Positions 28,934 through 38,950 of a DNA stretch of 64,000 bases are shown piece by piece. Under the pieces are notes generated by a model. The model was not told the DNA's origin, searched no databases, and worked only from the letters and a program-made list of their open reading frames with translations. How positions within the stretch are numbered: position 1 is the stretch's first letter; each line of letters opens with the position of its first letter. Origin of the DNA: a bacterium (lineage in GTDB: Bacteria; Patescibacteriota; Dojkabacteria; JAKAPS01; JAJZLI01); the NCBI GenBank assembly GCA_021791275.1, contig JAJYWX010000029.1, positions 14,074-78,073 of the forward strand, given 5' to 3'. A program made the translations under genes and the position numbers.

Positions 28934-30214
28934 TTAGTAATTCTTTTTTTGTATATTTATATTTTGCACTATACCTAAACCTATAAGTACTGTTAGAAGG
29001 GAGCTTCCCCCATAGCTTACAAGTGGTAGTGTAATACCCGTTACTGGCATTAGACCAATATTCATTCCGACATTTATCATAAATTGGACAATAATCATAG
29101 TTAGTACACCAACTATAACTAATGTTTCATATCTTCCTCTGGTATCCTTTAATATAGATAATATTTTGCTTATAAACAATAAATATATTATAAAAAACAT
29201 TATAGTTCCTATAAATCCAAATTCTTCAATAAATGTTGCAAATATAAAATCTGTTGTGTCTTCAGGTAAAAAGTTTAGTCTACTTTGGGTCCCTTCTGCA
29301 TAACCCTTTCCCCATAATCCTCCTGATCCTATTGCTATTTTGGATTGTTCAGTTTGAAAATTTAGGGATGAATTTAAGCTAGAAGATCTGTCTAAGAATC
29401 CAACCAATCTTTCTTTTTGATAATTTTTTAATAAGTGATCCCAAACGATTAATTTAAATGTGAATCCGAAAAGTAGTCCAATTAAAATTACTCCTGCTGC
29501 AATATATTTATACATTTCTTTTGAGGCTTTTTTATATATAAAATATATAACTATAATCAAAGCCAAAAGTAATACTACATTAACATTGAAAAATAATAAA
29601 TTTATATTTGCATTGAAAAGATTAATTCCTATGAATGGTAATATTAATAATGCAGATATTAGAAATAAAAGTATAGAATATAAGAATTTCTTTGGATTAT
29701 AATATGATGCAAATACTATTGATATCCATATTATTAATATAATTATTGTATTACCCAATGCTGGCTGTTTATAAATTAATATAACTATTGGAAGTATCAT
29801 TGCAAGACCAATACCAATTTTTTTGATTGCATTATCACTTTTTCTGAATATTTCGAAAAATGATGCAGAAATAAGAATAATAACTAATTTTGCAAATTCC
29901 GCGGGTTGTATACTTAATTTTCCTATTACAAACCATCTTCTAGTATTATTCAGCCTTATATTTAGAATGAATATAAGAGCTAATAAAGTAAATATTCCAA
30001 GGTATATTAATATTTGTACTTTTTTATCTTTATAGATTTTGTAGTCTATTGTTGTAAATGCAAAATATACAATAATTCCTAATATTGCAAAAATTAATTG
30101 TCTAATACCCTCACTACTTTGTCCTGTAGAGTATATGGTTACTATACCGATGGAAATTAGAACAATTATAAGGACTGTTAAAATATAATCTTGTTTAAGA
30201 AGGTTTTTGAACAT
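28934..30214 (-). CDS. SEDS family peptidoglycan polymerase, second paralogue (RodA/FtsW)
   Basis: GLMPVTGITLPLVSYGGSSLL is the SEDS signature in a multi-TM protein. Confidence 0.8.
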   Translation of the reverse strand: MFKNLLKQDYILTVLIIVLISIGIVTIYSTGQSSEGIRQLIFAILGIIVYFAFTTIDYKIYKDKKVQILIYLGIFTLLALIFILNIRLNNTRRWFVIGKLSIQPAEFAKLVIILISASFFEIFRKSDNAIKKIGIGLAMILPIVILIYKQPALGNTIIILIIWISIVFASYYNPKKFLYSILLFLISALLILPFIGINLFNANINLLFFNVNVVLLLALIIVIYFIYKKASKEMYKYIAAGVILIGLLFGFTFKLIVWDHLLKNYQKERLVGFLDRSSSLNSSLNFQTEQSKIAIGSGGLWGKGYAEGTQSRLNFLPEDTTDFIFATFIEEFGFIGTIMFFIIYLLFISKILSILKDTRGRYETLVIVGVLTMIIVQFMINVGMNIGLMPVTGITLPLVSYGGSSLLTVLIGLGIVQNINIQKKNY

Positions 30215-33101
30215 CTATTTTTATATAAGCAGATTTGTTATTGATGAGTACTAAATTATTATCTTCTAGATTCTTTACTACATATATTTCTTTAGATTTA
30301 ACTTTTTCTTTTATTTCATTTTTGAATTTATCTATTATTTCTTTTAAATCATCATCCTCTGTTTGTATATATATATTGATTATATCTTTAATATTTAAGT
30401 TCATTTTCTTTCTTATATTCTGTATTTCTCTTATTAGTTCTCTTAAGTCTCCTTCTTGTAGGATAGATTTATTTAATTTTATATTTAAACCTAACTCTCC
30501 TGATTTATTTTTCTCTATAACAAAATCTTTTGTAAATTTATTCTCTATTTTTTTTACATTAATTTCTTCTTTTATTATTTCTAATATTTCATTATTATTT
30601 AATCCTTCATAATTTATATATACAGCAAGTAAAGGTTGTCTAAGTTTTATATTATTCTCTACTCTTATTTTCTGAAGTATATTTATTGCTTCTCTAGCTT
30701 TTTTCATTTCTAGATTAAGATCATTATTTATATCTTCTAGTTTTGTCTCAGGAAATTTTTGAAGATGTACGCTCTCTTCATTATTGTTTAAAGCAAGAAA
30801 AATATATTCAGATACAAATGGAATTATAGGTGCTACTGCTTTGGAGAATGTATTTAATACATAATATAATGTATTCATAGCATCTTTATCTCCCGAAGAG
30901 AATCTTTCTCTAGATCGTCTTATATACCAAGTAGATATATCATCAATGAAAGGTTGAATTAATAAAGAAGCTTCCATTAAACTATATTTATCTAATTTCT
31001 CAGTAATATTTTTTACGAATTGCTCTGTAATAGACCTTGCCCATCTATCCATTATATTTTCACTTTTTTTATTTTCAGGCGAGAAATTGTTATTATTTGC
31101 ATATATTATGAAATATTTCAGTGTATTATAAATAACAATAAAATTATTTTTTAATATTTCACTTGGACCAGAATCTTTAAATGCCAAGTCTTCCCCTCTT
31201 ACTAAAGGAGAAGATATAAGATAGAGTCTTAGTGCATCTGCTCCATACAAATTAATTAATTCTAATGGATCTGTATAATTTTTCTTTGATTTAGATAATT
31301 TTTTACCAGAGCTATCTTGAATTAGTCCTGTTGTAATGACGTTTAGAAATGCAGGTTTATTCATAATTGCAGTAGCAATTGTGTGTAAAGAATAAAACCA
31401 TCCTCTAGTTTGGTCTATCGCTTCAGCTATAAAATCTGCTGGAAAATCCTTCTCAAAGCTTTCTTTATTTTCAAAAGGATAATGTTTTTGTGCGTATGGC
31501 ATTGATCCTGATTCAAACCAGCAATCTAATACTTCTGGTATTCTCTTCATCTCACCTTTACTACATTTTTCACATTTGAAATAAAGGTTATCAATAAAGT
31601 GTCTATGAATATCTGTTATTTTTTTATTTGTAAGTTTTTCAAGTTCATTTACAGATCCTATTACTTTTATATTTGAACAATGATTACATTTCCAAACAGG
31701 TAGAGGTGTTCCCCAATATCTATTTCTAGATATTGCCCAGTCGGGAGCTGTCTTTAGGTTATTTTCAAAACGTCCATTTTTAATATGTTCTGGTATCCAG
31801 TTTATTTTTTGGTTATTTTTTATTGTATCTTTTTTAATATTTTGTACATTTAGAAACCAAGTTTCCATTGAATAATTTAAAAGAGGAGTATCACATCTCC
31901 AACAATGAGGGTAAGAATGAACTATTTTTATTTCTCTAAAAAATGAATTGTCTTCTTTTAATTTCTCTAATATTTTTTCACCCAGATCTCTTGCTTGTTC
32001 TCCAGCCCATTCCATTAGAGGATATTCTCCAAATTTACCTTCTATATTTACATGTCTTATTCTTGGAAGTTTTAATTTCTCTCCTAGTAACATATCTTCT
32101 TCCCCAAATGATGGTGCTATGTGTACAATTCCTGTACCTTCTTCTTGCGTAACGAAGTCTGCTTCTGTAATAAACCAACCCTTTTTATCTTTATTATGGT
32201 TCTCTTCCATTATTTTAGATATATCAAATAATGGGTAATATTCTTTCCCTATGAGATCCTTTGGGTTTATTTTATCCTCAACTATTTCATAGTCTATATT
32301 TTCGAAAATATAATCTAGTCTATCTTTTGCTAATATATAGTATTCATTCTTACTTTTTACTTTTACATATGTTAAATCTTTATTTATTGCCAGAACTATA
32401 TTTGCTGGTAATGTCCAAGGTGTTGTTGTCCAGGCAAGTAAGTATGTATCTTTGGCATCTTTTAATTTAAATTTAGCTACAACAGATAAATCTTCTAAAT
32501 CCTTATATCCTAATTGTACTTCTGTATTAGATAGGGGTGTTGCACATCTTGGACATATCTTTATGCTTTTATATCCTTCATAAATTAAGTTTTTATCATA
32601 TATTTCTTTAAATATATACCAAATGGTTTCCATATAATCTAGATTCATTGTCTTGTAATCATTTTCCATATCAATCCATCGTCCCAATCTTTTTACGAAA
32701 ACTTTCCATTCATCTACATATTTAAGTACAATTAGTCTACACTCTTCATTAAATTTATCTATTCCTAAGGATTCTATCTCCTTTTTATTTTTTATACCTT
32801 TTATTTTTTCCAATTCATATTCTACAGGTAATCCATGACAATCCCAGCCGAATTTTCTTTCAACATAGAATCCTTTCATTGTATAGTATCTAGGGAATAC
32901 GTCTTTTATTATTCCTTGTAAAAGACTACCATAATGAGGAAGTCCAGTAGCAAAAGGGGGCCCATCATAGAATACATAAGATTTTTTACCGATATTTTTC
33001 TTTAAAGATTTTTTGAAAGTATCATCCCTATCCCAATAATTTAGGATATCTTCTTCTATCTTTATAAAATTAGGGTTTGAGTCGAGATTAGGAAATTTCA
33101 T
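30195..33101 (-). CDS. ileS: Isoleucyl-tRNA synthetase, type 2 (eukaryote/archaea-like)
   Basis: GPPFATGLPHYGS is the HIGH region of type-2 IleRS. It also has a CP1 editing domain and KLSKSKKNY (KMSKS), at 968 aa. Confidence 0.9.
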   Translation of the reverse strand: MKFPNLDSNPNFIKIEEDILNYWDRDDTFKKSLKKNIGKKSYVFYDGPPFATGLPHYGSLLQGIIKDVFPRYYTMKGFYVERKFGWDCHGLPVEYELEKIKGIKNKKEIESLGIDKFNEECRLIVLKYVDEWKVFVKRLGRWIDMENDYKTMNLDYMETIWYIFKEIYDKNLIYEGYKSIKICPRCATPLSNTEVQLGYKDLEDLSVVAKFKLKDAKDTYLLAWTTTPWTLPANIVLAINKDLTYVKVKSKNEYYILAKDRLDYIFENIDYEIVEDKINPKDLIGKEYYPLFDISKIMEENHNKDKKGWFITEADFVTQEEGTGIVHIAPSFGEEDMLLGEKLKLPRIRHVNIEGKFGEYPLMEWAGEQARDLGEKILEKLKEDNSFFREIKIVHSYPHCWRCDTPLLNYSMETWFLNVQNIKKDTIKNNQKINWIPEHIKNGRFENNLKTAPDWAISRNRYWGTPLPVWKCNHCSNIKVIGSVNELEKLTNKKITDIHRHFIDNLYFKCEKCSKGEMKRIPEVLDCWFESGSMPYAQKHYPFENKESFEKDFPADFIAEAIDQTRGWFYSLHTIATAIMNKPAFLNVITTGLIQDSSGKKLSKSKKNYTDPLELINLYGADALRLYLISSPLVRGEDLAFKDSGPSEILKNNFIVIYNTLKYFIIYANNNNFSPENKKSENIMDRWARSITEQFVKNITEKLDKYSLMEASLLIQPFIDDISTWYIRRSRERFSSGDKDAMNTLYYVLNTFSKAVAPIIPFVSEYIFLALNNNEESVHLQKFPETKLEDINNDLNLEMKKAREAINILQKIRVENNIKLRQPLLAVYINYEGLNNNEILEIIKEEINVKKIENKFTKDFVIEKNKSGELGLNIKLNKSILQEGDLRELIREIQNIRKKMNLNIKDIINIYIQTEDDDLKEIIDKFKNEIKEKVKSKEIYVVKNLEDNNLVLINNKSAYIKIDVQKPS

Positions 33102-33142
33102 AGTGTATGATATTTTATATCATACACTAATATTTTTCAAAT

Positions 33143-33532
33143 TTAGCTAATATCATCAGCTTTTTTTTGAATCTTTTTTTGTAAAGCATCAATCTTCTTG
33201 TTTGCTTTTTTTAATGATAGTTGAGTTTTTTTTAGAGCTTTTTCTTTTATATTAGCCTTTTCTTTGTCTAATTGTTTATTAATTTTTTCTAAATTTTCTT
33301 TAGTTTTTTTAATAAATTCATCTTTATCAAAATTCTCTATATTGTATGAGATATCATCAATGAAATCATAAGTATCATCTATTACTCTATCTTTTGATTC
33401 CTTATACTTATTTTTAACTTCTTCTCTATTGTCTTTGTTTGATAGAAATATGGAAGCTGCTCCAGCTAATACACCTAATAAGAATGTAATGGTTATCTTT
33501 TTTGAATTATTCTTTCTTTTATTTAGTGTCAT
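33143..33532 (-). CDS. Small membrane-anchored coiled-coil protein, YtxH-like at best
   Basis: An N-terminal TM with G/A-rich FLLGVLAGAASIFLS is followed by a K/E-rich coiled coil. Confidence 0.3.
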   Translation of the reverse strand: MTLNKRKNNSKKITITFLLGVLAGAASIFLSNKDNREEVKNKYKESKDRVIDDTYDFIDDISYNIENFDKDEFIKKTKENLEKINKQLDKEKANIKEKALKKTQLSLKKANKKIDALQKKIQKKADDIS

Positions 33533-33729
33533 ACTTTTATCAATTTATATATAAATTTAAGTATTTTACCGTAATTTACATCTAAACTTTCTGTAAATGT
33601 TTTTATCTTATTTGCTGCTCTATTAATATTTCTCAGAGCTATCATAAGCTGTATTATTGCTAATATGAAAAGTAATATGAATATTGATGTTAATATTATT
33701 AATATGTCTATTATGATTTTTTCAAACAT
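33529..33729 (-). CDS. Small single-TM protein, 66 aa
   Basis: It is a hydrophobic N-terminal ORF overlapping the downstream gene by 4 bp. It may not be real. Confidence 0.25.
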   Translation of the reverse strand: MFEKIIIDILIILTSIFILLFILAIIQLMIALRNINRAANKIKTFTESLDVNYGKILKFIYKLIKV

Positions 33730-33818
33730 TGTTTGTATCTTATAATATTTTATTACTGTAATTATACTACATCAAATTATATATTTCAAATAATTTGCCT
33801 TTGTGTTAATATTTCTTT

Positions 33819-34889
33819 ATGAAATTTTTAATTTTTGCCGGTGGTAACGGAACAAGATTATGGCCTTTAAGTAGAAAAGATAATCCAAAACAGTTTCAGT
33901 ATTTTTTTTCAGATAAGTCACTTTTTCAATTAACAATAGAACGTTTATCCAAAAGATTTTCTTTTGATGATTTTTTTATAGTTACACCCAAAGAATATGT
34001 ACAAATCATAAAAAGTCAGGTTCCATATATAAAAGATGAAAATATATTTATTGAAAGTGAGACTAGAGATACTCTTGCTTGTGTTGGTTTTGGGGCATTT
34101 TTAATTGATTCTAAATTTGAAGATGAAGCTGTGGCTCTCTTGTGGTCTGACCATAGAATCAAATATGAAGATACATTTCTTAATGCTTTCGAAACTGCAT
34201 CTAAATATTCCAAGAAAAATAATAAAATTGTTCAAATAGATGTTAATCCTACAAGTATAAATATTAATTTAGGTTATGTACAAATAGGTGAACAATTAGA
34301 ATCTATTGATGGTTTTAATATTTATCAGTTTATAAAACATACTGAGAAACCTGATTATAAAACTGCAAAAAAATTTATAGAGAGTTTTGATTATTTATGG
34401 CATACGGGTTACTCTGTATTCCCTCCAGGAAAGATTGTTGAGCTTTATGATAAATATGCTAATAATACAGCTAAAATCCTTAGAGATATAGTTAAAGCAT
34501 ATAAAAATAAGGAAAATTTTGATAAATTGTATCTTTCTATTGATAGAACTTCAATTGATTATGCTATTTTTGAGAAAATAGATCCATCATCTATTGTTGT
34601 TATTCCGGCTGATATTGGATGGAGTGATGTAGGCAATTGGGAATCTTTGAAAGAGATATTAGAGACCAAGTATGAAGGAAATGTTACTCAGGGAGATAAT
34701 TTATTAATAGATACAAAGAATAGTCTTGTTTTTTCTACAAATAAAAATAAGTTAATTTCAACCATAGGTGTTAGAGATATTATTATAGTAGATACAGAGG
34801 ATGCATTATTAGTATGCTCAATTTCTGATGCTCACAAGGTAAAAGATTTGGTTAATAATTTAAAAAATAAAAAGAGTCCATTACTTTAG
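33819..34889 (+). CDS. Mannose-1-phosphate guanylyltransferase (GDP-mannose pyrophosphorylase), nucleotidyltransferase only
   Basis: The N-terminal FAGGNGTRLWPLSRKDNPKQF matches the ManC/CpsB signature GG.GTRLWPLSR. At 356 aa it lacks a PMI domain. Confidence 0.8.
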   Translation: MKFLIFAGGNGTRLWPLSRKDNPKQFQYFFSDKSLFQLTIERLSKRFSFDDFFIVTPKEYVQIIKSQVPYIKDENIFIESETRDTLACVGFGAFLIDSKFEDEAVALLWSDHRIKYEDTFLNAFETASKYSKKNNKIVQIDVNPTSININLGYVQIGEQLESIDGFNIYQFIKHTEKPDYKTAKKFIESFDYLWHTGYSVFPPGKIVELYDKYANNTAKILRDIVKAYKNKENFDKLYLSIDRTSIDYAIFEKIDPSSIVVIPADIGWSDVGNWESLKEILETKYEGNVTQGDNLLIDTKNSLVFSTNKNKLISTIGVRDIIIVDTEDALLVCSISDAHKVKDLVNNLKNKKSPLL

Positions 34890-34891
34890 TA

Positions 34892-36358
34892 TTAAGTTTT
34901 TTTTACTGTAGGAGTATATTGAATATTTTTCCCTAATAAAAGTCTAGTTTGGGCATCTATTGCTGGTATAGCAGAAAAGATGATGCTTACAATTGGATAA
35001 ATTATCCAAGTTATATATGAAAAAAGTTTCTTTATATTTTTCTTATCATTTTTTTCTGGGGCTATTCTAACTTCAAAAAATAATATAAGTATTACAAGTA
35101 TTGTTGTGATTGTAAGGAATCTACTTATAATAGTAGGTATAGTGTATGAAAGGGTTGTTTTTTGATACTTTGAATTTAATTCAGGAATAAGGTCTCCAAA
35201 AGTTATTATAATTGGAGCGATTGCTCTTTCGAATGAATTTTTTATTTGCTGATATATTAATAGAAATTTTCTTCCTTTTGTTAATTTTTTATTTTTTATA
35301 ACATTTGGTATGCTAAAAGACATTTCAGAAGCTCCCCACGCCCATCTTCTTAATTGCTTATATTGTTCTTTTAAACTTTTCCAGTATGTATCTGCCAATA
35401 CGGCATCACCATATACCATAATATGTAGAGGTATAACTTTTGTATCATTTCCAAATGCCAGAGTTGCTTTCCAGTACAGCCTTTCATCTTCAGGTATTAT
35501 ATCTGGATCCCAGTATCCAATTTTATGCAAAGACTCTAAATTTATCGCATAGCAAGAAAAATTCATTAATTTTTCAGGCTTAAAAGTTAAAGCCATTTGC
35601 CATTGTGCAGAAAATGTTGCTATTATCCTTGATACAATAGATACTTTCCAGATATTGTTATAGAATATTGGTATAGGTTGATAAATTACTTTATTTCTAT
35701 TCTTTGATGATAGATAAGTATATGTAAGGTATAAAAAGTAATTTTTATCATGTCTATAATCGGCATCATTACTAGTGATAATAACTTTTTTAGTATCTAT
35801 TTTTTTATTTTTTAATATTTTATAAAATTCACGAGCAGCGAAATTCTCGTTGGATGCTTTTCCTGCAATCTCTCCATTTACAAGCTCGTGTTCTGTAATA
35901 ATTAGATCAAAAAAGTTATTTTTATATTCATTTTTTAATTTTTCTGCACACTCTTTACCTTGTGGGAATTTTTTTTCTGTTGCAAATAATATAATTTTTT
36001 TATTCTTTGGATATATAATTTTACTCGCAGCCTCTATAGTTGGTCTTATAACTTCTTCTGTTTCATTAGCGATTGGAATTAAAAGTACTTGATAATAGTC
36101 TTTCCAAACTTTTTTATATTCTTTATCAAGCTTCTCTACCCAATCAGTTTTTTTTACTTCATTTATTTTTTTATTTGCTTTAAATACTAGTACCATAGTA
36201 TTTACTGCTCCGTATATAAAATAGAGTATATAAAATACAACTATATATATAACTAAGATTGGGTATGTAAAAGATAGTACAAATATAAGAATTATAGTTC
36301 CCCACAATATTAGTCCGGGAACCATATTAATTAATCTGGTTAGAAATTTATCACTCAT
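34892..36358 (-). CDS. Membrane-embedded processive family-2 glycosyltransferase (cellulose/chitin/hyaluronan-synthase-like)
   Basis: It has N- and C-terminal TM helices, a cytoplasmic GT-A region with D..D-type motifs (SNDADYRHD, PEDERLY) and the processive-synthase QxxRW motif (QLRRWAWG). Confidence 0.7.
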   Translation of the reverse strand: MSDKFLTRLINMVPGLILWGTIILIFVLSFTYPILVIYIVVFYILYFIYGAVNTMVLVFKANKKINEVKKTDWVEKLDKEYKKVWKDYYQVLLIPIANETEEVIRPTIEAASKIIYPKNKKIILFATEKKFPQGKECAEKLKNEYKNNFFDLIITEHELVNGEIAGKASNENFAAREFYKILKNKKIDTKKVIITSNDADYRHDKNYFLYLTYTYLSSKNRNKVIYQPIPIFYNNIWKVSIVSRIIATFSAQWQMALTFKPEKLMNFSCYAINLESLHKIGYWDPDIIPEDERLYWKATLAFGNDTKVIPLHIMVYGDAVLADTYWKSLKEQYKQLRRWAWGASEMSFSIPNVIKNKKLTKGRKFLLIYQQIKNSFERAIAPIIITFGDLIPELNSKYQKTTLSYTIPTIISRFLTITTILVILILFFEVRIAPEKNDKKNIKKLFSYITWIIYPIVSIIFSAIPAIDAQTRLLLGKNIQYTPTVKKT

Positions 36359-36433
36359 TGTGTAATTTTTACTTTAGATTTAAAGGATTATAACATTTAG
36401 TAATGTATTATTCTATGATACAATTAATATTCT

Positions 36434-38950
36434 ATGAAAGAAACACCTGCGATGTCTCAATATTATAATATTAAGAAAGAGAATCCCGATGTGATAATTC
36501 TTTTCAGGATGGGAGATTTCTACGAATCATTTGATGAAGACGCGAAAATAATATCTGAGGTATTAAATATAGCACTAACAAGTAGAGATAGAACTGATAA
36601 AAAAACACCTATGGCAGGATTCCCATATCATGCACTAGATACATATCTTTCTAAATTAATTGAAAGTAACTTTAAGGTAGGTATATGTGAACAGATGGAA
36701 GATCCTAAAGAAGCTAAGGGGGTTGTCAAAAGAGACTTAGTTAAAATAATAACTCCTGGCACATATATTTCTGATACCTATACAGATCAAAAAAATAATA
36801 ATTTCATTGTTGCAATAGATGAAATTTCCCCTTCTTTTTATTCATTATCATTTATCGATTTTTCTACAGGGGATTTTTATATTACAGATATACTATCTTA
36901 TGAAAAATTGAAGCTATTTATTTCAAGTATATCGCCAAAAGAATTACTGGTTAAATCTAATTTAGATTTATATTTCCAAGATGGAATAAAAATATCAATT
37001 CTTTCTGATGAAGATTTCAATATTGAATCATTGAAAATGCTTAACTTTAATATAGATTATAAGCATAAATCTTATATGGCAGCTGGAGCTATAATAAATT
37101 ATTTAATTCATACTCAAAAGGTTGATATATCTCATATAAAAAGTATAAAAAATTTTAATATACAGGAGTACATGATATTAGACCAAAATACTCTTAGAGG
37201 ATTAGAATTATTTAGTACAACTTTTGGTATTTATGATGGATCTTTAATATCAGTTATAGATAAAACTATAACTTCAATGGGAGCAAGGAAATTGAGATTT
37301 TACCTTTCTCACCCAATTCTAAATAAAAATGTAATAGAAGATAGACTTAATTCTGTTGATGAAATTTTGAAGTTAGATAAAACTTTATATTTAGATACCT
37401 TTTTGTCTGGTATTTATGACTTAGAAAGAATTTCTGCAAAATTGAGTATGCTGTCAGTTTTGCCTAGAGATCTTTTAGCACTAAAACAATCCCTTACTAA
37501 GGTGCTGGAAATAGATTTGTCATTTTTTAAAAGCTCACTTATGAGAGATATTGCAAATAGTATAGTGGGATTAAAAGATATTAAAAAGATAGTAGATATA
37601 ATTGATAAAAACATAGAAGATAATTCTCCTCTACTTTTAAAAGATGGAGGATTTATAAAATTTGGTGTTAATAAGGAGCTTGATAATTATAAAGAAGTTA
37701 TAAAAAACGGAAAGAATTGGATTGTTAATTTTCAAAAAAAGGAACAGGATAGGTTGTCAATTCCATCATTAAAAGTTCACTATAATAGAGTTTTTGGTTA
37801 CTATATTGAAATATCAAATACTCATAAATCTAAAGTTCCCTCAAATTATATTAGGAAGCAAACCCTTACTAATGCTGAGAGATATATTTCTGATGAGCTA
37901 AAAGAATATGAGGATTTAATATTAAATTCTTCATCTAAGAGTGTTGCTTTAGAAAATGATATTTTCATGGAAGTTGTAAAAAATATCCGTGAATATATAT
38001 CTTCTATTCAAATTTTAGCTGAAAATTTATCCTATTTAGATGTACTTAATTCTTATTCAAAATGTGCTAAGCAGTTTAATTTTTATAAACCAAATATAAA
38101 TACTAAAAATAATGATTTAAAAATTGTAGAAGGGAGGCATCCTGTAATTGAACAAAAGATTAAACCATTACAATACATACCAAATGATATTGATATTAAG
38201 AGTAATGAGATTATGTTAATTTCGGGACCGAATATGTCAGGTAAAAGTAGTATATTAAGGCAAGTAGGTATAATTGTGATTTTGATGCAAATAGGGTCTT
38301 TTGTCCCGGCAAAAGAATCATATATACCAATAATAGATAAAGTTTTTACTAGAGTTGGTGCAGCAGATAATCTATCTTTGGGAGAAAGCACATTTATGGT
38401 TGAGATGAACGAGGTTAGTAATATTATAAATAATGCTACAGAAAAGAGCTTAATAATTTTAGATGAAATAGGAAGAGGCACATCTACGTTTGATGGAGTT
38501 TCTATAGCATGGGCTATAATTGAATATATCCATGATCATATAAAAGCGAAAACTTTAGTTGCTACACATTATCATGAATTAATAAAATTAGAAGAAATTC
38601 TGGAAGGTGTGTTCAATGTAAATGTTAAAGTCAAAGAAAATAAAGAAGAAATAATTTTTTTAAGGAAATTAGAAAAGGGTGGAACTGACAAAAGCTATGG
38701 AATACATGTAGCGAAACTAGCTAAATTACCTGAATCAATTATAAAAAGAGCATTTGAGATATTATCTCAATTTGAGAAAGATAAGAAAGAGTATAGCAAA
38801 AAATTTATTGAGCAGGAGATTCCATTAACAAATTTAGACGGAGGACTATATAATGATATTAAAAATTTAAATATAAATAATATTACTCCAGTAGAAGCGT
38901 TGAATATACTTTTAAATTTAAAAGAAAAATATGATAAAAATACTATCTGA
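36434..38950 (+). CDS. mutS: DNA mismatch repair protein MutS
   Basis: The mismatch-binding N-domain (MSQYYNIKKENPDVIILFRMGDFYE), Walker A GPNMSGKS and the ABC signature STFMVEM are present. Confidence 0.9.
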   Translation: MKETPAMSQYYNIKKENPDVIILFRMGDFYESFDEDAKIISEVLNIALTSRDRTDKKTPMAGFPYHALDTYLSKLIESNFKVGICEQMEDPKEAKGVVKRDLVKIITPGTYISDTYTDQKNNNFIVAIDEISPSFYSLSFIDFSTGDFYITDILSYEKLKLFISSISPKELLVKSNLDLYFQDGIKISILSDEDFNIESLKMLNFNIDYKHKSYMAAGAIINYLIHTQKVDISHIKSIKNFNIQEYMILDQNTLRGLELFSTTFGIYDGSLISVIDKTITSMGARKLRFYLSHPILNKNVIEDRLNSVDEILKLDKTLYLDTFLSGIYDLERISAKLSMLSVLPRDLLALKQSLTKVLEIDLSFFKSSLMRDIANSIVGLKDIKKIVDIIDKNIEDNSPLLLKDGGFIKFGVNKELDNYKEVIKNGKNWIVNFQKKEQDRLSIPSLKVHYNRVFGYYIEISNTHKSKVPSNYIRKQTLTNAERYISDELKEYEDLILNSSSKSVALENDIFMEVVKNIREYISSIQILAENLSYLDVLNSYSKCAKQFNFYKPNINTKNNDLKIVEGRHPVIEQKIKPLQYIPNDIDIKSNEIMLISGPNMSGKSSILRQVGIIVILMQIGSFVPAKESYIPIIDKVFTRVGAADNLSLGESTFMVEMNEVSNIINNATEKSLIILDEIGRGTSTFDGVSIAWAIIEYIHDHIKAKTLVATHYHELIKLEEILEGVFNVNVKVKENKEEIIFLRKLEKGGTDKSYGIHVAKLAKLPESIIKRAFEILSQFEKDKKEYSKKFIEQEIPLTNLDGGLYNDIKNLNINNITPVEALNILLNLKEKYDKNTI

